From an uncultured bacterium (GTDB taxonomy: Bacteria > Patescibacteriota > Minisyncoccia > Phycocordibacterales > Phycocordibacteraceae), in the NCBI GenBank assembly GCA_903825105.1, contig CAIJZI010000005.1:18821-82820 (forward strand): a DNA stretch of 64,000 nucleotides, written 5' to 3'. Positions 55,610-64,000 of the stretch are shown here, one piece after another. The stretch's first letter is position 1, and every line of letters begins with the position of its first letter. The position numbers and the translations under genes were made by a program. Under the pieces are notes generated by a model. It worked only from the letters and a program-made list of their open reading frames with translations, was not told the DNA's origin and searched no databases.

Positions 55610-57346
55610 ATGAAAGAATTTGTCATCGATACTGACGACGAAGAAGCTTTAACAAAAATCGCGAATGGCTTGTACGAATCAGAAAAGAGAATTGCAATCG
55701 AACAAGGTCGTGGCGCAGAAGTAGAAAGAATCGGAGGTGGCGAAGGTGTTATTGAGAAATATAAAGAAGCAGTACATGAAAAGCGCGATATTCAAAAAAA
55801 GACACTCTCATCGTGGCTCGATTATTTAAAACAAAACGATGCCAACTATCCGACCTGGTTCCGCTATTTTGTTGTGCGCAATCTTGAGAAAATGGGCACG
55901 CTCGATAAAGAAAAAGGCGAATACACCAAGCGCAATGATTACACTGTCGCGCCATTCCCAGAAATTAATTCTGAAGCGCTCGGTTTCGTGTATCGAATGC
56001 TCACGACTGGTATCGGTCATCAAGAATTTGTTAACGAGCCAGAGAAACGCGAACAGTTGACACAACTTATCTCGAAAAAAGATTTTATTAAGCTCTACAC
56101 CTTCGCACAAATTGAAACCGCCGGCTCTTTGAATCGCGAATCAATGCAAGGCGAATGGGTAAAATATGATAAAGGTTCTGACTACCACATTCTCGAAAAT
56201 TCTCTTCGGGGGAAGGGTACTGGTTGGTGCACTGCCGAGGGAAGCGCCTCAAGTCATCTCCAAGGCGGCGACTTTTATGTTTATTATTCTCGTGGGAATT
56301 CAGGCACCTACAGCGAACCGCGTGTCGCGATTCGCATGGAAAATAATCAGGTTGCCGAGGTGCGCGGGGTGAATCATCGCCAAGAATTGGAACCAGCACT
56401 CGTCGATGTCGCCACAGAGAAATATCATTCCCTCCCCGGAGGAGAAAAGTTTGATAAAAAGTCTGCTGACATGAAAAAAGTAACAGAATTAGTAAAGAAA
56501 CAAGAAAAGGGCGAGCAGTTTAATAAAGATGATCTTGTTTTTCTTTATGAACTCAATGCGCTGATAGAATACTTCGGTTACGATAAAGACCCACGCATAA
56601 AAGAACTTCGCGATACGCGCGATACAAATGCTGACCTGCCAATTATCTTCGACTGCGCGCCAGAAGATGTCGCACATTCTGTTTCAGAAATTAGAGAAAC
56701 TACAAAAGCGTATGTTGGAAAACTTGAGTCGGGGATATTTGATGTGCTTCCGAGAGAGATTGAACATGTCTATACAAAATTCCCAGAAGAGCGAATGAAG
56801 TTTCATAACAATATCGAACTTGGCACAGGAATTAAAGATGGTAGTGAATTTCAAAAAACTATAGAAGAACAGGAGATGAGAGTTTCGACATACGCAGCGC
56901 AAATACTTAAAAGTCCGGATTTTAAAGTTCTGGCCGAAAATGAAAACATAGATCTCATTGAAGTATCGGTGCGTGCGCTCGGATTTGAAAAGTTGGCGAG
57001 ATATGAAGATATTTGTAAGAGAGCAAAAGAGCTCGGGCTTGAACTCTGCCCAGCTGAAGTAGGACCACAACTTCGTTTGCAGTATAAAGATCAACCGATG
57101 GGCGAATGGCTAATTGTAGCGATGAATGCAATTAGCGGCTCGGACGGTAACCCGAAGCTCTTCGATGTGGATCGGCTCGACGACGAGTTGTGGCTGAACG
57201 GCAACGATGGGAGGCCTGACAACGAGTGGAATCCCGAGAATCCTTTCGTATTTCTTCGTCCCCGCAATTCTCACCACACACTTTTAGCGAGACCGCCAAT
57301 GATTGGCGGTCTTGTTTTTTATGTTGACGCGCATTCTCGTAACTGA
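55610..57346 (+). CDS. large hypothetical cytoplasmic protein (578 aa)
   Basis: no TM, no family recognised; upstream of RelB/RelE pair. Confidence 0.4.
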   Translation: MKEFVIDTDDEEALTKIANGLYESEKRIAIEQGRGAEVERIGGGEGVIEKYKEAVHEKRDIQKKTLSSWLDYLKQNDANYPTWFRYFVVRNLEKMGTLDKEKGEYTKRNDYTVAPFPEINSEALGFVYRMLTTGIGHQEFVNEPEKREQLTQLISKKDFIKLYTFAQIETAGSLNRESMQGEWVKYDKGSDYHILENSLRGKGTGWCTAEGSASSHLQGGDFYVYYSRGNSGTYSEPRVAIRMENNQVAEVRGVNHRQELEPALVDVATEKYHSLPGGEKFDKKSADMKKVTELVKKQEKGEQFNKDDLVFLYELNALIEYFGYDKDPRIKELRDTRDTNADLPIIFDCAPEDVAHSVSEIRETTKAYVGKLESGIFDVLPREIEHVYTKFPEERMKFHNNIELGTGIKDGSEFQKTIEEQEMRVSTYAAQILKSPDFKVLAENENIDLIEVSVRALGFEKLARYEDICKRAKELGLELCPAEVGPQLRLQYKDQPMGEWLIVAMNAISGSDGNPKLFDVDRLDDELWLNGNDGRPDNEWNPENPFVFLRPRNSHHTLLARPPMIGGLVFYVDAHSRN

Positions 57347-57363
57347 TACACTTTTGGAACAGT

Positions 57364-57588
57364 ATGATTACACCAACAAAAAAGCGAATAAATATCAGTG
57401 TGTCAAAAGAAACCGATACAGCAATGATTGCTCTCGCGAAGCGTGATCGCGTCCCGCTCGCAACAAAAGCTTCTCACTTAATATCGCTCGCTCTTGAGAT
57501 TGAAGAGGATCAAGTGCTTGACGCTCTCGCATCGAAGCGCGACACACCACGAGCAAAGTTTGTTTCGCATACTCTCGCATGGCGCTAG
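57364..57588 (+). CDS. ribbon-helix-helix antitoxin (RelB/DinJ-like)
   Basis: 74 aa, INISVSKETDTAMIALAKR RHH-like N-terminus; 10-nt overlap with toxin gene. Confidence 0.55.
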   Translation: MITPTKKRINISVSKETDTAMIALAKRDRVPLATKASHLISLALEIEEDQVLDALASKRDTPRAKFVSHTLAWR

Positions 57589-57866
57589 AGTTTGAAATTG
57601 TTTATCTACAGATCGTTGTAGAGGAGGACATCCCGCATATTTCAAATGCGTGGAGAATTAAAATTAAATCAGCAATTGAAGAAAATCTTGTGATGCATCC
57701 TGATATCTACGGGAAGCCGCTCCGCAGGTCACTTCGCGGGTATAGGAAGTTGCGCGTAGGGGATTATCGAGTGGTGTTTCGTATTGATGGAGGGCGTGTA
57801 AAGATTTTTGCGATCGCGCATCGATCTGTGGTCTATAAAACACTAGAGCGAAGAATGCCAGGATAA
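57579..57866 (+). CDS. RelE/ParE-family toxin
   Basis: LRVGDYRVVFRIDGGRVKIFAIAHRSVVY signature of RelE/StbE superfamily. Confidence 0.7.
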   Translation: MALEFEIVYLQIVVEEDIPHISNAWRIKIKSAIEENLVMHPDIYGKPLRRSLRGYRKLRVGDYRVVFRIDGGRVKIFAIAHRSVVYKTLERRMPG

Positions 57867-57881
57867 TGTAATATATCTCTT

Positions 57882-60800
57882 ATGCCCGAGAAATCAGAAG
57901 TAGCAAAAAGAGAAGAAAAAATCCTAGAATTCTGGGAGCGCGAGCATATCTTCGAAAAGTCGATCGAGAAGAAATCACCCAAAGGAGAATTCGTTTTTTA
58001 TGAGGGGCCGCCAACGGCAAATGGGAAACCGGGTATTCATCACCTTGAAAGTCGCGCGTTTAAAGATGCGATTCCGCGATATAAAACAATGCGTGGCTAC
58101 CGTGTTGACCGCCGTGCGGGTTGGGACACACATGGACTACCAGTCGAATTGCAAGTTGAAAAAGAGCTCGGCTTTAATGGAAAACCCGACATAGAAAAGT
58201 ACGGCATCGCAGCATTTAATAAGAAATGTCGCGAAAGCGTTTTTGTTTATATCGATCAATGGGAAAAATTTACGAAACGCATGGGGTATTGGGTCGATGA
58301 GGATAAAGCATATTTCACTTTCGATAATTCATATATGGAAGTGCTCTGGCACCTCTTCGCGAAGACTTCAAAAGATGGCCGACTGTATAAAGATTATAAA
58401 GTAGTGCCATGGTGTCCACGCTGTGGAACAGCGCTTTCTTCACACGAACTCGCGCAGGGCTACGAAGATGTTAAAGATCTTACTATCACGGCCAAATTTG
58501 AATTAATTGATGAACCAGGGACATATCTCCTCGCATGGACGACAACGCCGTGGACTCTGCCGGGTAATATCGCGCTCGCGGTTGGCGAGAATATTGAGTA
58601 TGTAGAGATTCTTGTAGAAAATGAAAAATACATTCTCGCTAAAAATCGTCTCCCAATTATCACCACCCCATACACTATTCAGAAAGAGTTAAAAGGGAAA
58701 GATCTTGTTGGTAAAAAATATAAGCCACTCTACGATGTTGCAAAAAGTGTTGCGGCAGAAAGTGAAAAAGCAAAATTTGATAAAGCGTTTCAGGTTTATG
58801 CTGCAGACTTTGTAACGACTGAAGAGGGGACAGGGATCGTTCACACTGCAGTGATGTATGGGCAAGAAGATTTTGAATTGGGAAATAAAATTGGGTTACC
58901 TAAAGTACATTTGGTAAATCCAGAAGGAAAATTTATTGAAGGGGTGGGCGTTCTCGCCGGCTGCTCGGTTGTCGAAGAACAAACATCAGTTGAAATACTA
59001 AAAGATCTGTCCGAGCGAAATATCCTTTTCAAAAAAGAACCCTACACACACAGTTACCCATTTTGTTGGAGGTGTAAAACACGGCTTATCTATTATGCTC
59101 GTGATTCGTGGTATATACGTATGTTTGACCTGCGCGAAAAGCTTGTTGCAGAAAATAAAAAGATACACTGGGAGCCAGAGTATATTCGCGATGGTCGCAT
59201 GGGCGAGTGGCTCACCAACGCAAAAGATTGGGCTATTAGCCGCGAACGCTATTGGGGGACACCATTGCCGATTTGGCGCAGTGCGGATGGAAGTGAGCAA
59301 GTCGTCATCGATTCTGTCGATGATCTTAAGAAATACACCAAAAAATCGGGGAATAAATATTTCGGGATGCGCCACAGCGGGACTGAATATAATGCGAAGT
59401 ATATCGCGAGCGCGACAGCGACGGCCCCAGACCATGTCACCGAAGCAGGGAAGGATGGTATTCGCGCAGCAGCCGAAAAGCTCAAAGACAAAAAAATAAC
59501 AAAAATAATCTGCTCACCTTTTGTGAGAACAAAAGAAACGGCAGAAATCGTGGCGAAAGAAATCGGTTACCCGATTGATCAGATTGTTGTTGATGAGAGA
59601 ATTCGCGAATACAACTTCGGTGATTTTGATCAGAAATCACGCACTCTTTATGATGTGTGGCGAAAAGAGAATCCAGATTTATCTGTGGCGCCTCCACACG
59701 GAGAGTCATACGCTGATGCAAGACGGCGCGCAGCTGAATTTATGTATGACACGGAGCAAAAGTATCAGAATGAAAATATTCTCTTTGTCTCGCACGGCAT
59801 TGTATTTGAAGCACTCCCGTCCGTTCTCCGTGGTGATGATGCGAAAACAACCAATGAAAAATGGGGCGCAGATTTTTTACATTGGGCAGATGTGAAAGAA
59901 TATAATTTTGTTCCACTTCCGCACAATGATGACTATGAGCTCGATTTGCACCGGCCATATATCGACGAGGTCATTTTAATTTCAGAAAAGGGAACTGAAC
60001 TGCGAAGAGTGAAGGAGGTGATGGATGTGTGGTTTGACTCTGGTGCGATGCCCTTCGCACAATCAGCAAAAGAACGCGGAGATGAACCACTCGAGTCTTT
60101 CTTAAAAAAAGTTGAATACCCAGCTGACTTTATATCAGAAGCAATTGATCAAACGCGTGGCTGGTTCTACACCCTCCTTGCAGTCGGAACGCTCTTTGGG
60201 CGTGACGCCGCTTTTAAAAATGTTATTTCACTCGGACACCTTCTTGATGCAGAGGGCCAGAAAATGAGTAAATCAAAAGGAAATGTTGTCGATCCGTGGG
60301 CCGAGATGGATAAGTGGGGTGTTGATACTCTGCGCTTTTGGATGTACAGCGTCACTCAAGCTGGCGATTCTAAAAATTATGATCAAAAAACAGTCAAAGA
60401 AGCGGCGAGAGTGCTCACTTGGATAGAAAATAGTGTAAAGTTTTATGAATTATTTAAAACCGAAACAGCAAATGCTTCTGTCTCTACAAATGTGTTAGAT
60501 AAATGGATCGATGCGCGTACAGAAGAGACTGTTTCGATTGTTGAAAGTGCTATGGATGAATATCGTTTATTTGAAGCGACACGCGCGATTGCAGATCTCA
60601 CAGGTGATCTCTCTCAGTGGTATGTTAGACGCGTTCGTGACCGTGTGCGAGATGGAGACGCGACAGCAATCGAGACTCTTCGAAGAACCTTAAGAACTTT
60701 AGCTCTCATTTTGGCTCCGTTCGCTCCGTTTATCGCCGAAGAGGTGTTCCAAGAGGTGCGTGAAGAGGGCGATCCAGAGAGTGTGCACCTCGCTGGTTGG

Positions 60801-61259
60801 CCCTCCTCCGCCAAGGCTTCGAAGGGCACAGCCTGGTTTCCCAATATTTTCTCGAAAGAAACCAATGACAATTTAATTGCCGAAATGCAAAAAGTGCGTG
60901 CGCTCGCTTCAGAAGCATTACAGCTACGCCAAAAGTCAGGAATGAAAGTGCGTCAACCACTCGCTTCGCTCACGGTCCCTACGCAGCTCTCTGAAGAGTT
61001 GGCGGCAATTCTCGCTGATGAAGTAAATGTAAAAAAAATAATCGCAGGCACTGAATTGGCGTTAGACACTGCTCTTACCCCAGAACTTATTAAAGAAGGC
61101 GACGAGCGCGAGCTGTCGCGTGCGGTCGCTGAGGCGAGAAAGACAGAAGGGCTCTCCCCGCGTGATAAAGCGCATGCAGAAATGAGTGAGGAAGGGAAGT
61201 ATGAAGTGACACTATCTACCGGTGTCGCTCACTTCAATCTGGTCAGAGATGCGGCATAA
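57882..61259 (+). CDS. ileS: isoleucine--tRNA ligase (type 2) with inserted histidine-phosphatase-like domain
   Basis: [16 protein letters not shown] region, KMSKS, editing domain; about 170 extra aa (approx 59310..59945) with RHSG / [10 protein letters not shown] / VSHG motifs. Confidence 0.8.
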   Translation: MPEKSEVAKREEKILEFWEREHIFEKSIEKKSPKGEFVFYEGPPTANGKPGIHHLESRAFKDAIPRYKTMRGYRVDRRAGWDTHGLPVELQVEKELGFNGKPDIEKYGIAAFNKKCRESVFVYIDQWEKFTKRMGYWVDEDKAYFTFDNSYMEVLWHLFAKTSKDGRLYKDYKVVPWCPRCGTALSSHELAQGYEDVKDLTITAKFELIDEPGTYLLAWTTTPWTLPGNIALAVGENIEYVEILVENEKYILAKNRLPIITTPYTIQKELKGKDLVGKKYKPLYDVAKSVAAESEKAKFDKAFQVYAADFVTTEEGTGIVHTAVMYGQEDFELGNKIGLPKVHLVNPEGKFIEGVGVLAGCSVVEEQTSVEILKDLSERNILFKKEPYTHSYPFCWRCKTRLIYYARDSWYIRMFDLREKLVAENKKIHWEPEYIRDGRMGEWLTNAKDWAISRERYWGTPLPIWRSADGSEQVVIDSVDDLKKYTKKSGNKYFGMRHSGTEYNAKYIASATATAPDHVTEAGKDGIRAAAEKLKDKKITKIICSPFVRTKETAEIVAKEIGYPIDQIVVDERIREYNFGDFDQKSRTLYDVWRKENPDLSVAPPHGESYADARRRAAEFMYDTEQKYQNENILFVSHGIVFEALPSVLRGDDAKTTNEKWGADFLHWADVKEYNFVPLPHNDDYELDLHRPYIDEVILISEKGTELRRVKEVMDVWFDSGAMPFAQSAKERGDEPLESFLKKVEYPADFISEAIDQTRGWFYTLLAVGTLFGRDAAFKNVISLGHLLDAEGQKMSKSKGNVVDPWAEMDKWGVDTLRFWMYSVTQAGDSKNYDQKTVKEAARVLTWIENSVKFYELFKTETANASVSTNVLDKWIDARTEETVSIVESAMDEYRLFEATRAIADLTGDLSQWYVRRVRDRVRDGDATAIETLRRTLRTLALILAPFAPFIAEEVFQEVREEGDPESVHLAGWPSSAKASKGTAWFPNIFSKETNDNLIAEMQKVRALASEALQLRQKSGMKVRQPLASLTVPTQLSEELAAILADEVNVKKIIAGTELALDTALTPELIKEGDERELSRAVAEARKTEGLSPRDKAHAEMSEEGKYEVTLSTGVAHFNLVRDAA

Positions 61260-61788
61260 ATATGACACTTGTGGCATCGTCTTGGCTCGCACTGCAGTTG
61301 GCGAAGCGAATGACTCAATAGCGATTTTGACACAGGAGGTCGGCCTCGTGCGCGCTCGCGCTCAGGGGGTGCGAAAGTCTGGTGCGAAGCTCGCCCACGC
61401 ACTTACCACCTTCACAGAAAGCGAGGTCGTCTTGGTACAAGGGAAAGAATATTGGCGCATCGCGGGCGCCGTTTTAAAAGAAAATTGGTTTTTGCGTATG
61501 TCTCGCGCTGAGACGCGCACGCGCGCAGCGCGCGTAGCGAACTTACTTTTGCGCCTCGTCGCAGGCGAGACGCGCGACTCGGCGCTCTTTGAAATTATTA
61601 GAAACTTTTTTGAATCGCTCGTGACTCTCTCTGAAGAGAAGCACGAACAAGCTGAAATCCTCACCGTGCTCGGCATTCTCGCTGCACTCGGGCTCGATAC
61701 GGGAGAGATCCCAGAAGAAATAAAAGAAGGGAATTATACCAGCTACATACGCAGAATTAACCGAGGCATCGAAGCGTCAGGGCTGTAA
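61249..61788 (+). CDS. recO: DNA repair protein RecO
   Basis: [19 protein letters not shown]...[19 protein letters not shown] fold start of RecO. Confidence 0.7.
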   Translation: MRHKYDTCGIVLARTAVGEANDSIAILTQEVGLVRARAQGVRKSGAKLAHALTTFTESEVVLVQGKEYWRIAGAVLKENWFLRMSRAETRTRAARVANLLLRLVAGETRDSALFEIIRNFFESLVTLSEEKHEQAEILTVLGILAALGLDTGEIPEEIKEGNYTSYIRRINRGIEASGL

Positions 61789-61805
61789 TCTTGTATACTA
61801 AATAA

Positions 61806-63662
61806 ATGACCACACATCCGGAAGATGATATTGGTTTTCTCGAAGAAGCGAAGAAGCGCTTGTATGATCCGAATAATAAAATAGAAGATGTGCGTAAACC
61901 ATTTCCCGAACCAATGAAACAACAACCGCCACATTCTTGGGGAGACACTGCTCCTCTCGCTCGTCCAGCCACAAAAAAGAAAATGCATTTTGCAGGAATC
62001 TTTTTTACCCTCGCATTTCTCTTTTTTGTCGCATCGGTCGGCATCGCTGGGTACTTCCTTTATTTTGGCGGGAATGCGGTCTCGGTAAATAAAATCGCCA
62101 TCGATATTCAGGGCCCCACCACCATCGCGGGAGGCGACACGGTCCCACTCTCGCTCACTATCACGAATAAGAATTCTACAACAATACAAAACGCGACGGT
62201 TGAAATCACTTTCCCTGATGGCACCAGAGACGCTGCTGATGCGACGAAATCGTATCCGCGCTACACAGAAAATCTCGGGACAATAGCGAGTGGTGCGTCA
62301 GTAACGCGCTCGATAAAAGTGGTTATGTTCGGTGGCGAGGGCGCCCCTTTAAACCTGCCCGTCTCTTTTTCTTTTGAGACCGATAATTCAAATACCGTCT
62401 TTGTTAAAAAAACATCCTTCGCGCTCGCTGTGTCATCGACGCCTCTGTCTGTTTCTGTTGACGCGCCAACACAGATCGTCTCTGACGAACCTTTTATCCT
62501 CACGCTCATCGCGCGCTCGAATGCGACGACAAAAATGGATAATGTAGTGCTCACGACCGCACTCCCATTTGGATTCTCGGTCGCCTCATCATCACTACCA
62601 CTCGTAGATTCAAGTTTTCTTATTGGAACCCTTCAACCGGGGGCGAGTAAAAAAATAATTATCGCCGGGTCGCTTAAAGGGCAAGAAAACGAACAACAGG
62701 CATTTCATTTCACTATCGGGACAGGAAAGACAGAAAATGACCAAACGCTCGCTGTCTCGTATATGACGCAGGACACGCTCGTGACTATCGGCGCACCCTT
62801 TATAAGCACAACGATTTCAATCAATGGTAATCCAGCGTCAACGATAACTTCAGGAAGTGTCCAGAGTGTATCCGTTTCTTATGCGAATACGCTCTCGACG
62901 AGTGTGGCGAATACAGAAGTTGATGTCTCGATTTCTGGCGCAGCGGTCGATTATGACAGCATTAAGACTTCAAACGGCTTCTATCGTTCTGGGGATCACA
63001 CGATTGTCTTTAGTAAGGACACTGACCCTTCGCTCGCCAGTCTCGCTCCAGGCGCTTCGGGTATCGGCACCTTCACCTTCTCTACGCTCGCTCCTGAATC
63101 TGTCCCTGCCTCTTCTTCAATAACATTCTCGATTTCTGCTTCTGGCTCGGGAGTGCAGAGTGGTTCGACACATGCGAAGACTGAAACGGTAAAGGTAGCG
63201 ACAGTAGTCACATTCTCTTCGTCAGCGCTTCACTCGTCTGGCCAATTTGGCAATAGTGGGCCGATCCCGCCACACGCCGGGAGCCCAACAACCTACACGA
63301 TTGTCTGGAATGCCCAAAATAAAGGCAGTGCGATCGCCGGCGGGGCAGTGTCTGCAGTATTGCCGAGTTATGTCTCGTATACCGGCGTCGCGAGCGGTGG
63401 CTTCTCGTTTGATAAAGGTTCACGCACCGTGACCTGGAATGTGGGAGATATATCACAAAAATCTACCGCGCAAGGTTCATTCCAAGTTTCTATCACACCA
63501 TCAACTTCGCAGAAGGGCAGCGCGCCGAAGCTTGTCGGCCAAGCATCATTCTCGGGCTATGACCGCTTCGCAGGTGTGCAGATTTCTGCATTAGCAGATC
63601 CGGTCACTACCGAAACACCACAAGACCCGGGCTACACCAGCGCAAACGGAACGGTGCAATAA
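61806..63662 (+). CDS. membrane-anchored surface protein with repeated beta-sandwich-like modules
   Basis: N-terminal TM, 500 aa Ser/Thr/Val-rich with recurring motif periodicity. Confidence 0.4.
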   Translation: MTTHPEDDIGFLEEAKKRLYDPNNKIEDVRKPFPEPMKQQPPHSWGDTAPLARPATKKKMHFAGIFFTLAFLFFVASVGIAGYFLYFGGNAVSVNKIAIDIQGPTTIAGGDTVPLSLTITNKNSTTIQNATVEITFPDGTRDAADATKSYPRYTENLGTIASGASVTRSIKVVMFGGEGAPLNLPVSFSFETDNSNTVFVKKTSFALAVSSTPLSVSVDAPTQIVSDEPFILTLIARSNATTKMDNVVLTTALPFGFSVASSSLPLVDSSFLIGTLQPGASKKIIIAGSLKGQENEQQAFHFTIGTGKTENDQTLAVSYMTQDTLVTIGAPFISTTISINGNPASTITSGSVQSVSVSYANTLSTSVANTEVDVSISGAAVDYDSIKTSNGFYRSGDHTIVFSKDTDPSLASLAPGASGIGTFTFSTLAPESVPASSSITFSISASGSGVQSGSTHAKTETVKVATVVTFSSSALHSSGQFGNSGPIPPHAGSPTTYTIVWNAQNKGSAIAGGAVSAVLPSYVSYTGVASGGFSFDKGSRTVTWNVGDISQKSTAQGSFQVSITPSTSQKGSAPKLVGQASFSGYDRFAGVQISALADPVTTETPQDPGYTSANGTVQ

Positions 63663-63715
63663 AAAATAGAAAAATCTCATTTGTCCTTCCTCTCTCTTGG
63701 TAGTAATCTATACCA

Positions 63716-64000
63716 ATGGAAGACAAAAATGTTATGGAGAAGATTATCTCGCTCTGTAAGCGCCGCGGGTTCATTTTTCAAGGTTCCGAGATTTATGGCG
63801 GGCTCGCCGGCATCTATGACTACGGACCACGCGGGGTAGAACTCTTGAATAACATCAAGCGCGCGTGGTGGAGCGCCAATGTCTATGAAAAAGATAATTT
63901 CTATGGTCTCGACGCCGGGATGTTTAAAAACCCTCGTGTCTGGGAGGCGAGCGGGCACACGAGCGGATTCTCTGATCCACTCGCGGAGTGTAAGAAGTGT
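63716..64000 (+). CDS. glyQS: glycine--tRNA ligase (alpha2 type), 5' fragment running off window
   Basis: LCKRRGFIFQGSEIYGGLAGIYDYGPRG...WW typical GlyRS N-terminus; no stop in window. Confidence 0.7.
   Translation, partial: MEDKNVMEKIISLCKRRGFIFQGSEIYGGLAGIYDYGPRGVELLNNIKRAWWSANVYEKDNFYGLDAGMFKNPRVWEASGHTSGFSDPLAECKKC

Noticed and set aside
63677-63958. Minus-strand ORF 63677..63958
   Set aside because: It is antisense to the clearly recognisable glyS 5' region.
1-64000. Alternative genetic code (TGA recoded as in some CPR lineages)
   Set aside because: Conserved genes terminate at TGA in correct alignment-length positions (for example pilN TGA overlapped by ATGA, the VirB4 N-domain ORF, yidC neighbours). 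TAG and TAA are also used as stops. The standard code fits.
1-64000. CRISPR arrays, rRNA genes, IS elements/transposases
   Set aside because: No regularly spaced direct repeats, no rRNA-like conserved stretches and no transposase-like ORFs were seen on reading the window.

Overview
This 64 kb window looks like part of a small, streamlined bacterial chromosome. Gene content (many short proteins, dispersed type IV pilus genes, a T4SS-like operon, free-standing homing endonucleases, no rplA after rplK) is most consistent with a Candidate Phyla Radiation / Patescibacteria (Parcubacteria-like) genome; that assignment is inference only. The standard genetic code is in use: TGA and TAG both terminate clearly recognisable genes. 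The window carries the replication origin locus (yidC-rnpA-rpmH on the minus strand, diverging from dnaA-dnaN) with a perfect DnaA box. Housekeeping genes include tpiA, pgk, recJ, rnhA, ruvC-yebC-ruvB, ruvA, polA, holA, tsaE, secE-nusG-rplK, thyX-tmk, argS, ileS, recO, a glyS fragment, rpmB, rpmH, rpsT, rplS, a class A PBP and a Mur ligase. Eight tRNA genes are present. Type IV pilus components are dispersed: a PilX-like pilin, pilB and pilMNO. A tightly coupled seven-gene operon encodes a type IV secretion-like apparatus. Other calls include a membrane ComEC whose metallo-beta-lactamase-like domain is a separate, apparently degenerate ORF, three HNH endonucleases, one LAGLIDADG endonuclease, a RelB/RelE pair, an archaeal-type pyruvoyl arginine decarboxylase, and several hypothetical paralog sets. 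The most interesting observations are listed here. Four homing-endonuclease-like genes each end within 0-4 nt of, and are co-oriented with, a tRNA gene. VirB4 is encoded as two ORFs in a T4SS-like operon next to the origin locus. IleRS carries an inserted histidine-phosphatase-like domain. A GC-rich pair of tandem paralogous genes has no recognisable function. A signal-peptide / Cys-rich peptide gene is interrupted by a single in-frame TAG. A conserved dyad motif lies upstream of both thyX and tmk.
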